From assembly GCA_964247055.1 (NCBI GenBank), contig OZ176053.1:62001-126000 (forward strand): a stretch of DNA of 64,000 bases. Reading direction: 5' to 3'. Within the stretch, counting starts at the first letter, position 1. Each line of letters opens with the position of its first letter. This stretch comes from Paragordius varius (lineage: Eukaryota > Animalia > Nematomorpha). This document shows, one piece after another, positions 1-13,574 of the stretch. Position numbers and translations under genes: made by a program. The notes beneath the pieces are model-generated. The model was given only the letters and a program-made list of their open reading frames with translations. It had not been told where the DNA came from and did not search any database.

Positions 1-268
1 GATAATTCTAAAAAGAAAGTTAACATATTTTGGTCATGTCATGCGATCGAATTCTCTGGAGAAAGATACAATGTTTGGGAAGGTAGAAGGGCAAAGGAAA
101 CGAGGCCGACCACCGATGAGGTGGTTGGATACGATAAAAGAAGAGACCAAAATGACATTGAAAGAGCTCAATATAGCGGTGAAAGATAGAAAAAAATAAA
201 AAGAAATAGTTAAAACTATGTCCAAAAAGTCGTTTACGACTTAGGAAAAAACCAACCAAACCAACAAC
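1..268 (+). mobile_element. 3' end of an RTE/BovB-type LINE (ORF2 C-terminus plus CAA-rich tail)
   Basis: A frame not in the ORF track reads IILKRKLTYFGHVMRSNSLEKDTMFGKVEGQRKRGRPPMRWLDTIKEE, matching the RTE C-terminal pattern YFGH..R...LEK..M.GK..G.R.RGR...RW.D. It is followed by ccaaccaaaccaacaac. Confidence 0.85.
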
Positions 269-832
269 ACACTCATTTTAGTCCTTCGATTCAAATTGGG
301 GTAGTTGGATACCCCAGGCCTGTTTAATATCAAATACTTTAAAAAGTATGGAAGGAATCGAAACCATGGCAAAATTTTGCACTTATATAACATTAATAAA
401 CCGGAATATATAAAAAAATTTATATAAAAACACTTGATATTACTTATTTTAAGCTAAAACCGAAAGGTAAAAATTCCCTCAACGTGACATGTGTTAAATC
501 ATAAAACTAAAAAATAATACATAATAAACCGCTTTTTCTATTTCTCTCAATGTTAGATGTAATTTATATAAAAAATTAGCTTTAGTTTTACCCTTAAAAT
601 TAAATGAAGACGATATTTTGCATAAATTTTGTAAAATAATGGCGTCGAAGTAGTTTGAGATGGAACTTTTTTTTCAAAACAAAATTTTATCAATATATTT
701 TGGCATAGTTATATAATTTTTATCAGGAGAGAAGCATAAATTTAAATTGAACCGTTTCCTTTAGTAGTTTTTTAAAAATATTAATTTAAATTTAGTCTGG
801 GTTATTTAGATACCCCAATTTGAATCGAAGTG
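263..832 (+). mobile_element. TTAA-flanked piggyBac-like MITE, copy 1 (left terminus interrupted by the LINE)
   Basis: Colinear with 55272-55835 and the reverse copy at 27310-27861. Ends ...ccaatttgaatcgaagtg|ttaa. Confidence 0.8.
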
Positions 833-1261
833 TTAAACGAAAAAAAGTAAATTGTTAATAAAATAAGGAATACATGACTGTAATTATAAAAGGTTATTGG
901 TAGTTACTAATAAATCTTAATATAGATATTCATTACCACAGGTTACTAAAAAAACCAACATTAATATGAAAAGGCCTTTTTAATTTAGAATGTAAGAATT
1001 TAATGATTTCAGTCCAATGTTTAGGCCTTGATAAGTCTGGATACAATTTAAGTATTTACCCTAAATATAAAAGAAAAAAAAAGACTTTCTGTAATATTTT
1101 CAATTATAATTCACTGTTAAAATGTTAGTAAGTATTAGATAATGCAAAAAACTCGACTGAAAAAATTTTTTTGTTTAGTATGTAAATATATTTTCTAAAT
1201 TGCCTACAATTAAAATCGTTTTTGTTTTGCCAACCTGAAATGATTTTACTTGTTCCACAAA

Positions 1262-1488
1262 AGTATGCATTTATGGCGCCCCATTCATTAATCCATAAAA
1301 ACGCCCACTCCCCCTCCATGCCACGCCTTGCATTATAAAATGATCAAATCCAAATCGTACTCATAAATGAGATTTTTCATGTAGTATATAAAATAATAAC
1401 CTATTTTTGAAATAAAATTAAAATATAAAATCCGACGCCCCTTCAACTATGGCCCCAGGCGCATTAACTCTCCCTAGCTACGCCTCTA
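1262..1488. mobile_element. Short non-autonomous element (AGGCGTAGCT-type ends), partial copy
   Basis: Shares atggcgccc..., ttgaaataaaatt..aaatccgacgccc.ttcaactatggc and agcta.gc with 22607-22838. Ends cctagctacgcctct. Confidence 0.6.
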
Positions 1489-1779
1489 CACCGGCAAAAA
1501 TAGATGCCAATGAAGAAAAATTATTAAAAACACATTTTATATAAACAAAAAATATTATTTTCCATATATAATTTTTTATATTTCCTAAGTCATGTTTCTA
1601 CCTATTTTATGCTACTTGGTAAAAATTTATTAGCCCCAAAACTACCCGCTCCCAAAGATATTACCGTTATGTTAAAAATTAAGTTACTTTTAGAGGACAA
1701 AAACGCTATATAACTGTCAAATTTGGTTAAAAACATATATTACAAAAATGTCAATTATACCCAATTTATTGATCAAGTA

Positions 1780-2570
1780 ATTATACCTAAAATAAACCAG
1801 TTTGATGGCCCTTACTCCGTTACTCGAATCGGCGGTCATAATAAAACATGATGTTGTGTTCCCATCTCTGTTTTTAAGAATTATATTACTCTTATGCAAA
1901 GCGTTTGGTCTGTAGATGATAGAATGATGGCGAATCGCACATGAATTCTTTCGATTAGCTAGCTGGCATTGTCAATATCGATTTGACCAGGGAATATAAA
2001 TCTAACGAAATACTTTCTAAAAACGAAAGACTCTGAGCTTACCACTTTCCTCAGATCCAATTCGACTCAGCGGGTGGTGATATCGATATATACTAGCCAG
2101 TAGAAACTGTCAGCTGAGTCAGCATTCTACGCAGAGCCGCTCCCATGTCAGCGTATCTAAATCTTGTTTATAGAATGGACACTCCTAGCAATTTTTCACT
2201 TATCTTATGAGATTATTTTATATGTTAAACAAAAAGGGATTGAATTAATTTTCTATCTGGTTCTTAACTTGGATAGATGTATTGCTATAATTGAGGTCTA
2301 CTTTTTGCAATATTGTATATAAATCTTCTCCATAGATTGCAATTAATTTTAACGTTTGGTTCTGCCAGGTTGCCATAATTTCTTTTGGAATATTGACCAT
2401 TCGCCTTATACTTAAGTTTTTACAACCACTTACCTTTCCAACATCAAGGATTTTTCCAATGAGTTAGATTCTAATGTGGCTAAATCAGGATAGTTTAATT
2501 CGGATTCCAAGCAATGACACTTGATGGATATTTTTGGCAAAATTATGGTAAGAAGGGACCTCTTGAATTG
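1780..2570 (-). mobile_element. Degraded RTE-type LINE fragments (two pieces)
   Basis: The minus strand gives RYADM (YADD-like, about 2150), SFVF..SI and LKNRDGNTT, and separately NSLEKSLMLE..VSGCK (about 2420-2470), which resembles the 23101-23313 LINE ORF. Many stops and frameshifts. Confidence 0.55.
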
Positions 2571-2879
2571 ATTTCCACATTCTAATTATAAACAATATGA
2601 TTTAATCCTAATTTAAAAGAAATCAAAGAAAAACGAGCGAAAATTATTAGATGAAGATCCATGCACATTTATATTTTTTTTAAATTTTTAAAGCTAATAA
2701 ATCCTTTATTATTATTAAAAAGTACAGTTAAAAGTTATTTCTTCATTATTTATTGACTTTATATAATATTTTTGTGTGAACATAATCTGCATGATATCTA
2801 ATAAAATAAATAAAACGAGTATTTAATGGATACGTTACTAACATACTACAAAAATATAAAAAATATTTTTTAAGGTTAA

Positions 2880-3790
2880 TAAATTTTTTAGGTCATTACT
2901 GAGCCTAATCTCATAGGTTTTAAAAAATTTGGCTCCAAAGGCCTGCTGTATTGATATGTCGATGAGTTCTACGCGGGTAGCCCCCTATCGAAAGAAAAAA
3001 ATTTTTATAAGGGGAATATACCTAGAATCATCCTTCCCATATATTTTTTATAGGTTTTGAAGAATGGCTTCAAAACTTATTAATAGTTCAATGATAGCGC
3101 ATTTTTTAGGGAGTATAGGGCTTAATTAATGTGTATTTCAAAAAACCGCTCGACTTAATTTCTTCATTTTTGCGGGTTATATTTCAGACCATTATTAAAC
3201 TTATATACCCGGATAAGTGTTCTGAAAATTAACTCTTAAACAACACATTTCGATATGGTGGCGCAGTTTAAGGCGGCTGATACAAAAAAAGTAATTTATA
3301 TTTTTGCTTTTTTATCGAGAATACCTAATATCACGATTGATTCCATATGCTCTTAGTTTTTAGAAAAATTTCCACAAACTAAAAAATCAGTTAATAATGG
3401 CGCGTTTTTATGGGCGTGTCGAGCTTAACGATTAATTTTAACCACGCGACCTAAATTTGCCTTTTTAGGGGTAATATTTTAACCAGCTATTAAACTCATA
3501 TGACCTAGGTTTTCTAAAATTTAGCCCCAAAGCCACTCTATTTTGATATGATGGGACAGTTTTTAGTGGGTATCTCCTTACCCAGCAGTCAAAAGAAAAA
3601 ACATACGACTAACTTTTGCCCTTTAACTGGCTGGAATCCACTTTAAATTACGGTCTCATAACTTGGGCAAAAAATAGTCAAAAAATTATTATTTTTTAAC
3701 TTGGTGTTTTTAAAATAATGACATTTTACGGAGGGGAGCGGGTAAAAAGAGGGCCTGAGCTAATATGGTTTTAAAAACTCACCCAATACA
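2880..3790. repeat. Dispersed repeat family with internal tandem subrepeats (about 280-290 bp period), copy 1
   Basis: The block ggta/ttatattt..cattattaaactcatat...ttttctgaaaattagccccaaa...gatatg..cagttttta(g)cgggta recurs near 2905, 3175 and 3465. The terminal part ttttacgg.gg.agcgggtaaaaagagggcct is shared with 19210 and 41970. Confidence 0.65.
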
Positions 3791-4377
3791 TTTTATATCT
3801 CAAAACAAAGTAATTTGATGTCTTATATTTTAGATTTCTAGCATATTTGGACTGCAATATAGAGATTTACAAATTAGTAAGAAACAAAAAAATGTAAAAC
3901 ACACAAGGGAACAATATATATGATATGAAACAAAATCTACGATTAAATAATCAAACTTTATGACAAAATACTCTATCCCTGATTTCGATGAAAGAAGAGA
4001 AGAAGCCCTGAGTCCGCAACAAAATTAAAAAATTTTAAGATTTTTCGCAGATCCTGGGCATCAAACTATTGGGCTGTTTTGGGGGTGCATTTTTAACAAA
4101 TCCGATCTTTTATGGTATGCTAGCCACAAAAATTTAAAGTCAATTAATATCTAATGTGATTGTTTTCAGATTTAAATTCATATAATTAACTATTATTTTA
4201 TCATCAGACTAACTGATAATTCATATAAGCTATTTATTATTTTAAAATGTGGTTTGGATTGACTTTATAATTTAGAAATATATCGTCCGATTCTGGGCGA
4301 TCTTTTATGATAAAGTTTCCAGTAGTACTTTGATTATATTTTTTCTTTGCGGTTTTCATTTTAACAATGTCCTTTCT

Positions 4378-4800
4378 AAACCGCAATTTTTACCTGTATT
4401 TTTTAAAATGACCAAATAAATTAATTACAAATAACAATGCAAATCCTAAAAAACAAAAACTCAATTTTTATTAAATTTATTAAAAACTGCAATTTTTACC
4501 TGTAGTTATTAAAATGTCCACAATATGTAATTAATTACAATTACCAATGAAAAATAAATAAATTTGAAATTAACCGCCATTTTTACCTGTATTTTAAAAT
4601 TTCCAATATGTAGTAATTAAATACAATTTGCAATGCAAATTCTAAAAAATAAAAAAAATTAAATGTGACTAAATTTAAAAACCGCAATTTTTACCTGATT
4701 AAAATGTAAACACATAAAAATTAACCATGAAAAACATAAAAACAAAACCAATCTATAATCTAATTAAATTTTCACAAATATATAACCTGTATTTTAATTA
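4378..4800. repeat. Degenerate minisatellite of about 100 bp, 4-5 units
   Basis: The core aaccgcaatttttacctgta recurs at about 4378, 4483, 4572, 4678 and (partially) 4783. Confidence 0.8.
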
Positions 4801-5659
4801 CTAATAACAACTATTTAAAATAATAATACCAATTTTGATTAATACAGGTATTTATCATGTTGAAAATAGTAATTGTTAAATTTAATTATGAATCATAAAT
4901 AATATTAAAATACCCATTTTACTATTTATTAAATTATTAGAATAAAAACCCACAGAATTCCGCATCTAAATACGTAACAACAATATTTTAATGTTAACAT
5001 AAATTGCTGTAATATTCTCAAAATTTAACATACAAAATATTCATCAAATTAATTAGTTAATTCTCACGTCAATCCTCTTTCATATGTGTACTGCGAAATA
5101 AATTTTTAAAAAAAATCAACATATAAATTTTGCTAAAAGATTAACAAAAATATTACCATTCCCCTATAACAATATTTTAAGATTTTCATTTTTTACTAAA
5201 GATTTCCGACGCCCTTCCCCCACACTTCTTTTACTTTTTTAAAGAATATGATATGGTAATACCATATAGCTCTTGTTTTTATTTCTTTACCAAATATTAA
5301 TACCCAATTAACGAAAAAAAGTAAATCTTTAACAATATAAAGTCTACATGACTGTAAAGTATTTCCTTTTTTTATTCATCGTTCCACCCATTGATTTAAT
5401 AATGTTTAGAACAACAAATTGCAATTAATAAATGAGAAAACAGAGTTGGAGTTTTCTAATATGGAGCAGGTTACCAAGGACCGTGTAAATTTTGTTGATT
5501 ACATTTTTAACAGTAAAATATATGGTAAATTGGGGTATATCTTTGTTGCACTCTATCATACATATAAAAATGAAAATGTGTCTCTTCAGTTGAAACTTTT
5601 CACGATTTGTTTTTTGAAGTTTAGAGCAAAATTTTAATGAAAAACTGGCTAAAAAAATC

Positions 5660-7052
5660 TTTTTTTAAGTGACTATAATATTCTTGGTTATTTTTACAAT
5701 CTACGGCACATTAAAAGCCACGAAAACATGCAGATATATTGGCCCGCATGCTGACAGAATCACAACAACAGACACAGAAAGCCTTCAAACAGCAGAACAT
5801 TTAAGATTTGTCAATAGTAATCTATTTAGCATAAATAGTGACCATATTAGAAGCCAGACAGAAATCGTCCCTGTATTAAAACAGGTAATAAGGGCACTAA
5901 GAACAAACAACTGGTCCAAAAAAATAGTAAATCCATTCCACAGTTTTAGAGATGAAATTGAAAATACATACGGGTTATTATATTGGCATGGTAGATTAAT
6001 AATTCCCGAATCTCAAAAAATAAATATCTTACAATTATTACACGTCGGACACCCCGGGACCAAAGCAATGTACGAACAAGCAAAACAAATAGTCTTTTGG
6101 CACAACATGGAAAGCGACATAAAAAATGGGTAGATACGTGTAAAAAATGTCAAGAAATCGTCCGATGCGAAAACTGAATCCCACATACAATTATAACACT
6201 AATACAGCAATATGAGAGATATTACATCTAGATATAGCAGGCCCGATAGAAAATTTTTATTGGATAGTTCCTATTGACAGTTATTCTCGATGGGTAGAAA
6301 TTAAACTATCGAAAAAGATATCGACTTCCTAGACGAAAGTTTTAGTGGATATAGATCACCAAGAATGATAGTAACCGACAACGCGTCTTACTTTACATCT
6401 GAGTTAAAAAAATCATAGAAACGGGAAACATTAAAAATGTAACATCAGTTCCCTACCATCCAAAAACGAACGGAATGGTGGAACGAGTGATATATACCCT
6501 AAAAACACTTATTAGTCATCAGAAGACGATGACCCATAATCAAAAATAAATAACACGCTTTGGGGATACCGCACTAACATACACAGTGCTACAAATACAT
6601 GTCCAGCAAAACTTTTCCTAAAACGTACCCCATCCAATCCAATCACATGGCTACAATATAAACAAACAGACTTCTTAGGCGATGTACATCCGAATCACGA
6701 ACACCATGTATCAACTAGCGAATGGTTGGCGAGAAGGAATTGAAAATAAACGACTCGGATTACTCTCATATGTAATACGGGCTGATAACAAAATCATCCA
6801 AAAACACGCCGATCAACTGAAACCAAGGGAAGGAAGTGAAAGACAACTTCATCCGAAGAAACTCAACCATCGTATGACCTATATGTTAGGTACCCTACTG
6901 CCACGACTGAAGCCCCAACCCTCGGAACCCATCATTAAGTCGCCATCCCAAAAAACACCCACTATAGCACCTACCACTGAAACTCATACAGAACGGCGAT
7001 ACCCTACACGAATCCGACACCCACCACATAGATATCAAGGAGAGGGAAAGAG
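5660..7052 (+). mobile_element. 5'-truncated Ty3/Gypsy LTR retrotransposon (end of RNase H, integrase)
   Basis: LLYWHGRLIIP..LLHVGHPG...AKQIVFWHNMESDI followed by CKKC (integrase zinc finger), IHLDIAGP (rve core), DNASYFTS, PYHPKTNGMVER, HADQLK and C-terminal RRYPTRIRHPPHRY. Frameshifted. Homologous to the pol at 16-17.6 kb. Confidence 0.9.
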
Positions 7053-7190
7053 TGATGTTAAGTTAGACCCTACTTTCGTGGACACATAAACACTTATAAC
7101 TCTTTGTGATACACCGAGTTAATGTTAATTGTAGCTTCAACCAAAATAGTTAGTATATAATTCTTGTATTATAATATAAACACATGTTTG
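7038..7190 (+). repeat. Polypurine tract and start of the 3' LTR of the truncated Gypsy element
   Basis: aggagagggaaagag is immediately followed by TG (tgatgtta, 7053). The LTR right end is not determined. Confidence 0.55.
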
Positions 7191-7639
7191 ATTTTGATAT
7201 TTGAATTATGTTTTCTTTGTAATATAACTCTACTTCTATTAAGATTGTAATTTAATTTTAGCGTAGAATTATGATTTTTATTGTTTTATCATCAATATTT
7301 AATTGTATAAAACATTTTAATTTTGACGATTACATTATTTATTTATATTATGTTTTACTTATAAAACAGTTTCACCTAATCAATATAGACAATTTGCCCT
7401 TCAAGATTGTCCTAGAAAATTTAAAGTTGGTACTTCAATATTTTAATTTTGATTCCAACAACTATTATTAATGGAGCAATAAAATGTTTATCTATTCTAT
7501 CATAAAACTTTTCTCTTTATTAAACCTAAGTGAATACCATATCCATAAGAATCCTTATTATTTTCTATAATAAATTTAACTAGGGTTATTGATCGTAATT
7601 AGTTTAAAACATTTATAAGGTTATAACATTGATAAATTA

Positions 7640-8070
7640 AATAAAATAGTTCGAAACTAAAGTTGTAGATTCAAAAAATACTAATAATAAAGATATAATT
7701 TTAAATTTAATAGATAATTAAATACAAAAAAACGGTTGTATACAAACTGCAAAAAATGTAAGGAATTTTAATTGAGTGACAAATAACTTTCAAAGACAAT
7801 CTTGAAGCGCAAATTTATAAATAATCAATGCAACTTATTGGAAAAATTAAAATGTTTGAAAATTAATCCATTTACCATCAAATATTGATGATAAAACAAT
7901 AAAAATCATATATCAACGCTAAAACTTTATTATATAAAATTAAAATTATATAAATACTTAATAATTATATTGTCATATCATAAAATAAATCCTTTATATA
8001 TAATTTTAAAAATTATTGTTTTTGCTGTTTACTTGGAAAATGTTGCGTTTGCTTGAAAAAAATGGTATAA
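7640..8070 (+). mobile_element. Remnant 3' end of the IS630/Tc1 family seen at 42.5-45.2 kb
   Basis: tttaccatc.aatatt...aacgctaaaa...aaaatgttgcgtttgcttgaaaaaa..tggtata matches 44980-45160. Confidence 0.55.
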
Positions 8071-8110
8071 CAATAGTTTGCTAACTAATGGTTATATATA
8101 TATATATATA

Positions 8111-8346
8111 CAATAAAAATTGAAATTATACGAACAAGTAAAAATATAAATACAAATTTTTTTTTCAAAAGACAACCATGCTTTTTAAACCTTAATTTAT
8201 CATATAAAAAACATTTAATTCCAATGATAAAATATATTATTAATAAATAACCTCTATTTCACACTTTAAAAATCAAGATTTAAAAAGTATGGTTGTATTT
8301 GTCTTTAAATTTTCTCATTTTGTCCGTATAATTTCAATTTTTACTG
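8111..8346. mobile_element. Tc1/mariner-type MITE (TA|CAGTAAAAATTGAAATTATACGGACAAAA inverted ends)
   Basis: Inverted ends flanked by TA. Further copies at about 10250-10479, 39662-39947, 48560-48720, 49452-49703, 57740-58015 and 61228-61420. Confidence 0.75.
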
Positions 8347-8479
8347 TATATCTAATAAAAGTATTTACTTTATTTATTTTTTCACAAATATATGGTTCTG
8401 TTTATTCATTTTCGATGAGCTTTGTTAATTTTGATTCGGTTTATGAATCTCAAGAAACCCTTTCCAAATACTAAAATGT

Positions 8480-9130
8480 ATAATTGATTGGTGCGTTTAT
8501 CGTATTGATGACTACCCTTTGAATATGATATATTTTTTAATAAAATGAAATCAGGTTTATGATAAATAATCAAAAAGACGAAGTTGTTTTTGATCCCTCT
8601 ATTATAATGTTTATTTCCTTGAATATCAAATGTAAGTTTTAGTTGGGTTTAAATTTTATGATGTAAAAATCTTGGTGTGGGTTGCATTTACTCCTAGATC
8701 TATATCAAAACATTTCAAAAATCTGAAAGTTTGGTCATTTTGAATGTCCAAATTTAACGACAGAAATGATAATAGGCCAATTCCTTAAAATTCTTTCCCT
8801 AATGTATTGTTTGTGCCTATCCGACCGCTTTTCTAATTTCTTTAATAATTTTTTATTTTAATGCTGACCTTTTTAAATTTTGTAGTATATCGAAAAAAAC
8901 AACTAAATGCGTTTTGAAAGTCTAATTTGGATTAATTTTTATTCATTCCTGAGTCTCGTGTTCAAAACCTTATTAGCTCTGACTACCTTGTTTGTATCCT
9001 CAACTATCGATCGCATTATAATTTTTAAATATTTTAAGGATTTAGCATCTTAAACTAAATGTAGGGTCCCTTTATGTTAATTTTTTTATTCACTTGAAAA
9101 AAGCTTTTCCTGAATAAAATAATGTTAATG
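8480..9130 (-). mobile_element. Possible highly degraded Penelope-like RT fragment
   Basis: The minus strand gives LDIQNDQTFRFL..DIDLGV...TKIF and an SL-D-AKSL-like stretch reminiscent of Penelope RT motifs. Many stops. Confidence 0.3.
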
Positions 9131-9849
9131 TTTCAAGCGTTTCCTTAGTTTTTATTCACTCCAAATTAAGTAATCTTTTGAAAAAGATAAGGAAACAGTG
9201 ATTTAGGAAAATTATTAATTAAAATATAAAAAAGATAATTACATGTAAAAATTTTCAAAGGTGCAACTGATATATATAATATATCTTATTAATTCGATTT
9301 CAAAGCTGGAAATCAATTATCTTATCAATTTAACTTACTTAATGAATGATTAAATGACGTAAATAAGTCTTTAAATTGAAAAAGGTGTTGTTTTTGACTG
9401 ATAAATGGTTGATAAAAAGAATTGTTTTTTATTCTGAGAAATTTCGCATATATAATTTCAATATACGTACATATAATGCGCAGTTTAGTATACAACATTT
9501 AAAGCAAATGATATATTTTTTAAGGCAAACTTCTGTAAATTTTTATCAATTATCGTCACTAAGTAAATAAATAATATGTTTTGTTGTTCATTCTACCTTA
9601 TAAGGATGATATTTTGCAATAATTTCAATGTACGTAAATCTCCTATTTTTCAGAACTCTAAATATTTTCTACTAAATATTGTGATGAATCAGCCAAAATT
9701 GATTGTTTTTTCTCCCATGATTATAATAACAAAAATTTCATCAGTTTAGCAAAGTATATATATATACATATATTTATAGGGTCGTATACTAAATATTTTT
9801 TACTTGACGAAATTTTATAATTCTCTTATCCAAGGTATATTATATTAAT

Positions 9850-10052
9850 TCTATATTTTTATGAGTTATTTATATTGCTAGAAAGTTATCAATTATTGCC
9901 AAATAGCATATGGTACTAAGAGATTTTTATTATTGGCTAATAATAGCAAAAAGTTTAAAAGATAAATAAAAGCCAATAATACTGCCTTTTGTTGTATATG
10001 ATATTTGGCAATAATTAATAGTTTCTTAGCCATGTATACTTACTCATACTGT
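9850..10052. mobile_element. MITE of about 190 bp (TA|CAGTATGAGTAAGTATACATTGCTAGAAAG ends)
   Basis: Internally palindromic (ttgccaaatagcata / tatgctatttggcaa; tattggct / agccaata). Copies at about 20195-20404 and 63277-63455. Confidence 0.75.
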
Positions 10053-11589
10053 ATATGTATAAAAATTCTAATTGATTCAAAGTTTATTATTTTTCCACAA
10101 TCAGGATCCAAATAAATTTGCTTATAATTTTAAATTTTTGCCTTTACCCAAAAGTAATTATTTATATTAGTGAAAATTGATTAGATTTTTATTATATACC
10201 ACCAAACTTTAATCTAAATATGATTATTTAAATATATATATTCAGAAATCAAAATTATGCTATATGGAAAAAACGCAAAAATATAAAAACAACCATATTT
10301 TTTCTAAAAGACAACCAACTTTTTTTTTATATTTATTTATTTTTATAAAAATTAAGAAATTATTATTGAATTATATGATTGATTGTGTGTGTTACTAAAC
10401 ATCTCTATTTCCAAATTTTAAAAATGAGTTTTATTTAAATAAATCAAAAAAAATATTAATTTGTGATTTACGGTTCACGTATAATTTCATTTTTTACTGT
10501 ATATAATTTTTAGCCAAATCAATATTACCTAACAATGAAGTTGTATATTGCGCTTTCAATGATTTTCTTCTATCTTTTGGGTACTTTTTCAACAGGTTTT
10601 TTTATAATTTTATCCAATCATTTTCATAAATAATTTCAATAGTTTTTTACAACCTTTCTACAATTAATAAAAATCAAATTTTTTAAATCTTGTTTGCATT
10701 AATCGAGAAATACTGTATAGAATTACGCAAATTTTTAATACATTAATTATTTATTTTTTGGATATCGAATTATATACGTGTGCTTTCGCCATCTATATTA
10801 AACTAACTAACTAACCTAAATCTTATCATATTAATTTTATTTTAATGTTGAGCAAAAAAGCTGTATGTAAAAAAATTCTGAAGGCTGACTATTGAATTCT
10901 ATCCCAATTTAATTCAGGCTGTTCGTTAAGTAATAAAACAACTAAAATAACAATAATAATGAATTTTCAAAAGACAAAACCACAATCAGTAATGAAAGAT
11001 AAAACGTAAAAACTGATAATTATTTTTTTTATTTTCAAAAGACATTTTAACTCTTTAAGACTTTAATTTAAAAATATGCTATAATTGTATTAATCCAACC
11101 TATATGGAATATGGAGACAAACATTATTTTCCATAAGAAAACAATACTTTTTGTTTCATCATCTATAGTTTCGGGTAGTAAAACAGGGAATAGAAATGCA
11201 AATATTCAATACACTCACACATGTATATATCTGAAAATTCAATAGTTGATGTGGAAAATTAATATTTTTTTATTTCTTCATTTTGACAGTAAAATTTCAA
11301 TTATACATTTAAAAATATATATCTATGATTGTGTAAATATCTGTTTCATACTGAGTTTATATTGCATAATTTTATTCAATGGAAATAAATTTAAATCTCC
11401 ATTCCTTGATTCGCAAACCAACACAATAAATTCAAAATCGGGTTTCACCAATAACCTCTCTATTAAAATTTAACACTGCAACGTTACAACTTAATTTTTG
11501 TGCAAAGATTCAATTCAATATTTTATTTTGCTTTTTGTTTAAAGTTTAGTTATTATTACAATTCTAATTTTTCCTCTGTTCATAAAAAG

Positions 11590-11720
11590 GTTCTGCAAAT
11601 AGTGTTAGAGGACCCAGTATAGTCATTTCGCCAGTTACCCAGAGACCCAGCTATCTTCGTACAAACCCAGAATATCCAAGACCTACCACTTTGAATCCCG
11701 ATACAACAAATCATGAATAA
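11590..11720 (+). CDS. Putative last exon of a small Pro/Thr/Ser-rich peptide gene
   Basis: aag| acceptor, then GC-richer open frame (G)SANSVRGPSIVISPVTQRPSYLRTNPEYPRPTTLNPDTTNHE*, followed by aataaa. The upstream exon is not resolved; a hydrophobic stretch ICFILSLYCIILFNG lies at 11338-11381. Confidence 0.45.
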
Positions 11721-13574
11721 ATTTGTTTATTATAATAAATTAATAATTTCTTATTCTTAATATATATACTGTGTGCAAAAAATTTAACAAAATAATTTTT
11801 TTATAAGATGACTTATGACCAGTGCATTCATTTGCCGCAAAAATTTTTATTTGTTGACGACCTAGTTATTGAAATATTGAGAGAATATCGAAATCGGGCA
11901 AAAAGTGAAAATTAAGGATAATTCAAAAAATTATGATAAAATTAGAAATATTATGGTTAATTATCCTTTTAAGAGATATTTTCAATATATAAATAGCTTA
12001 AAATCATATAGTTAGGGTTTTATAAATTATCAGCTCAAAAGATGGCGTTTTTCTTTTACACTTAAAAGACAGAAAATTTTTTAAAACTATATTAAAAAAT
12101 ATTTTTTAATTTTACTAGATTTTATTCAGTAAAAAAACTATATCATAAAACTAATATTTAAAATTATTTACCTAATGATAATATAATGCATAAATACATC
12201 TGGAAATTTGTTCTATGATCAAAGATTAAACCTTAACCTATATTTTTAGTCATAAATTATTATTTATAAGATTAATTTTTGAAAAACAAAAAATTTAAAA
12301 TGGCTCTAATGACATAAAAGAAATAAATATGTTCAACCAAAAAAACTTCTTTTGTCATCTTTTTTGGTCATTCATTGCCATCTACACAAAGTTTGAGCTA
12401 TTTTCAACCATTAGTTTTAAAAAAATATTAAAACGCTCTCGCTTTGCGCGTTTGTCGCTTTCAATGTCCAGTATTAATTATCGATGTAAAACAATTAGTA
12501 TATAGTTTTCATTGCTCTTTCAAATGATATATTACAAATGGGCATTTGCTCTTTGTTTAAAAAAATAATAAAATTTGTATAAAGAGCAGCCATAATCATA
12601 AAAAATATTATAATGAGTTCTTGGTTTCAGATAAACTATTAAAACGATAGTAAATATCAGAAATTGTAACAAAATCTAATGGCAGAAAAAATTGTTTATT
12701 AAAATTATACAATATTATGCTGTTAAATATAAAGATGGCACTTTCACAAGGTGTAAGATAATAAATTTACCATTAAATATTATGTTATGCAGTGTATTAA
12801 CTGATATAATTTTCTTTTATTAGTTTATTATTAGAAAATTGCCAGTCCTTTTACTGATTCCATATTACATACGATACCATATATAATTTTTCTTGATGGT
12901 CCATGCATGGTATTTAGCTGCAAATCGATTTATATTGTTAATTTTTTAAGATTCATTAAACAAAGAAAAATTATATAAAATCGTTTTTTATTCCACCGGT
13001 TTCGAATAATACCATCCACAAACGACAACCCTTACCGTTTTAGAATTTTATTCTCAGATTTTTTGGTGTGAAAAACACATTACCCGTCGGACATCCTAAA
13101 ATTATAAATAAAAAATTACTTTGTTAGATTTATATTTTTTAGGGCAGAGAATTTAGTATTGTTAAACACATATATGGTAAAGATTCAAAAATATTAGATA
13201 AATAAAGAGTCTATTATATACAGCTGAGTAAGCGTGAACATGAAATTTATTTTTAAAAAATAAAAGTCAACAAAGCTATTACACAATGATCTTTATATTT
13301 GAAGAAACATAATTAACATAACATAAAATAAAGTTTGTTTGTAATTAATATAATAATAAAAAATATTTGTGTCAAAAAATGTTATCTTTCCAATTTTTTA
13401 GGGTTTTTGCCCGCTGAAACAAAATGTATTGCATAGTTTAAGTTAATTTTTTCATTTTGATGATAAATTGTTGGGCTTTTATAAATTTATCATTATAAGC
13501 CACATATTGAATGTTTAAGAAAAATATTTACAAACGAGAAAATTTTAAAAATGTTCAAATTTGGATAAAGTCTC

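Noticed and set aside
4195-4230. CTGATGA cores (also 30399, 45613, 47235) as hammerhead ribozymes
   Set aside because: No flanking stems with a correctly placed GAAA and cleavage triplet could be formed by eye.
5419-5637. 72-aa ORF beside the truncated Gypsy element
   Set aside because: No recognisable motif on either strand beyond a faint transposase-like stretch; cannot be supported.
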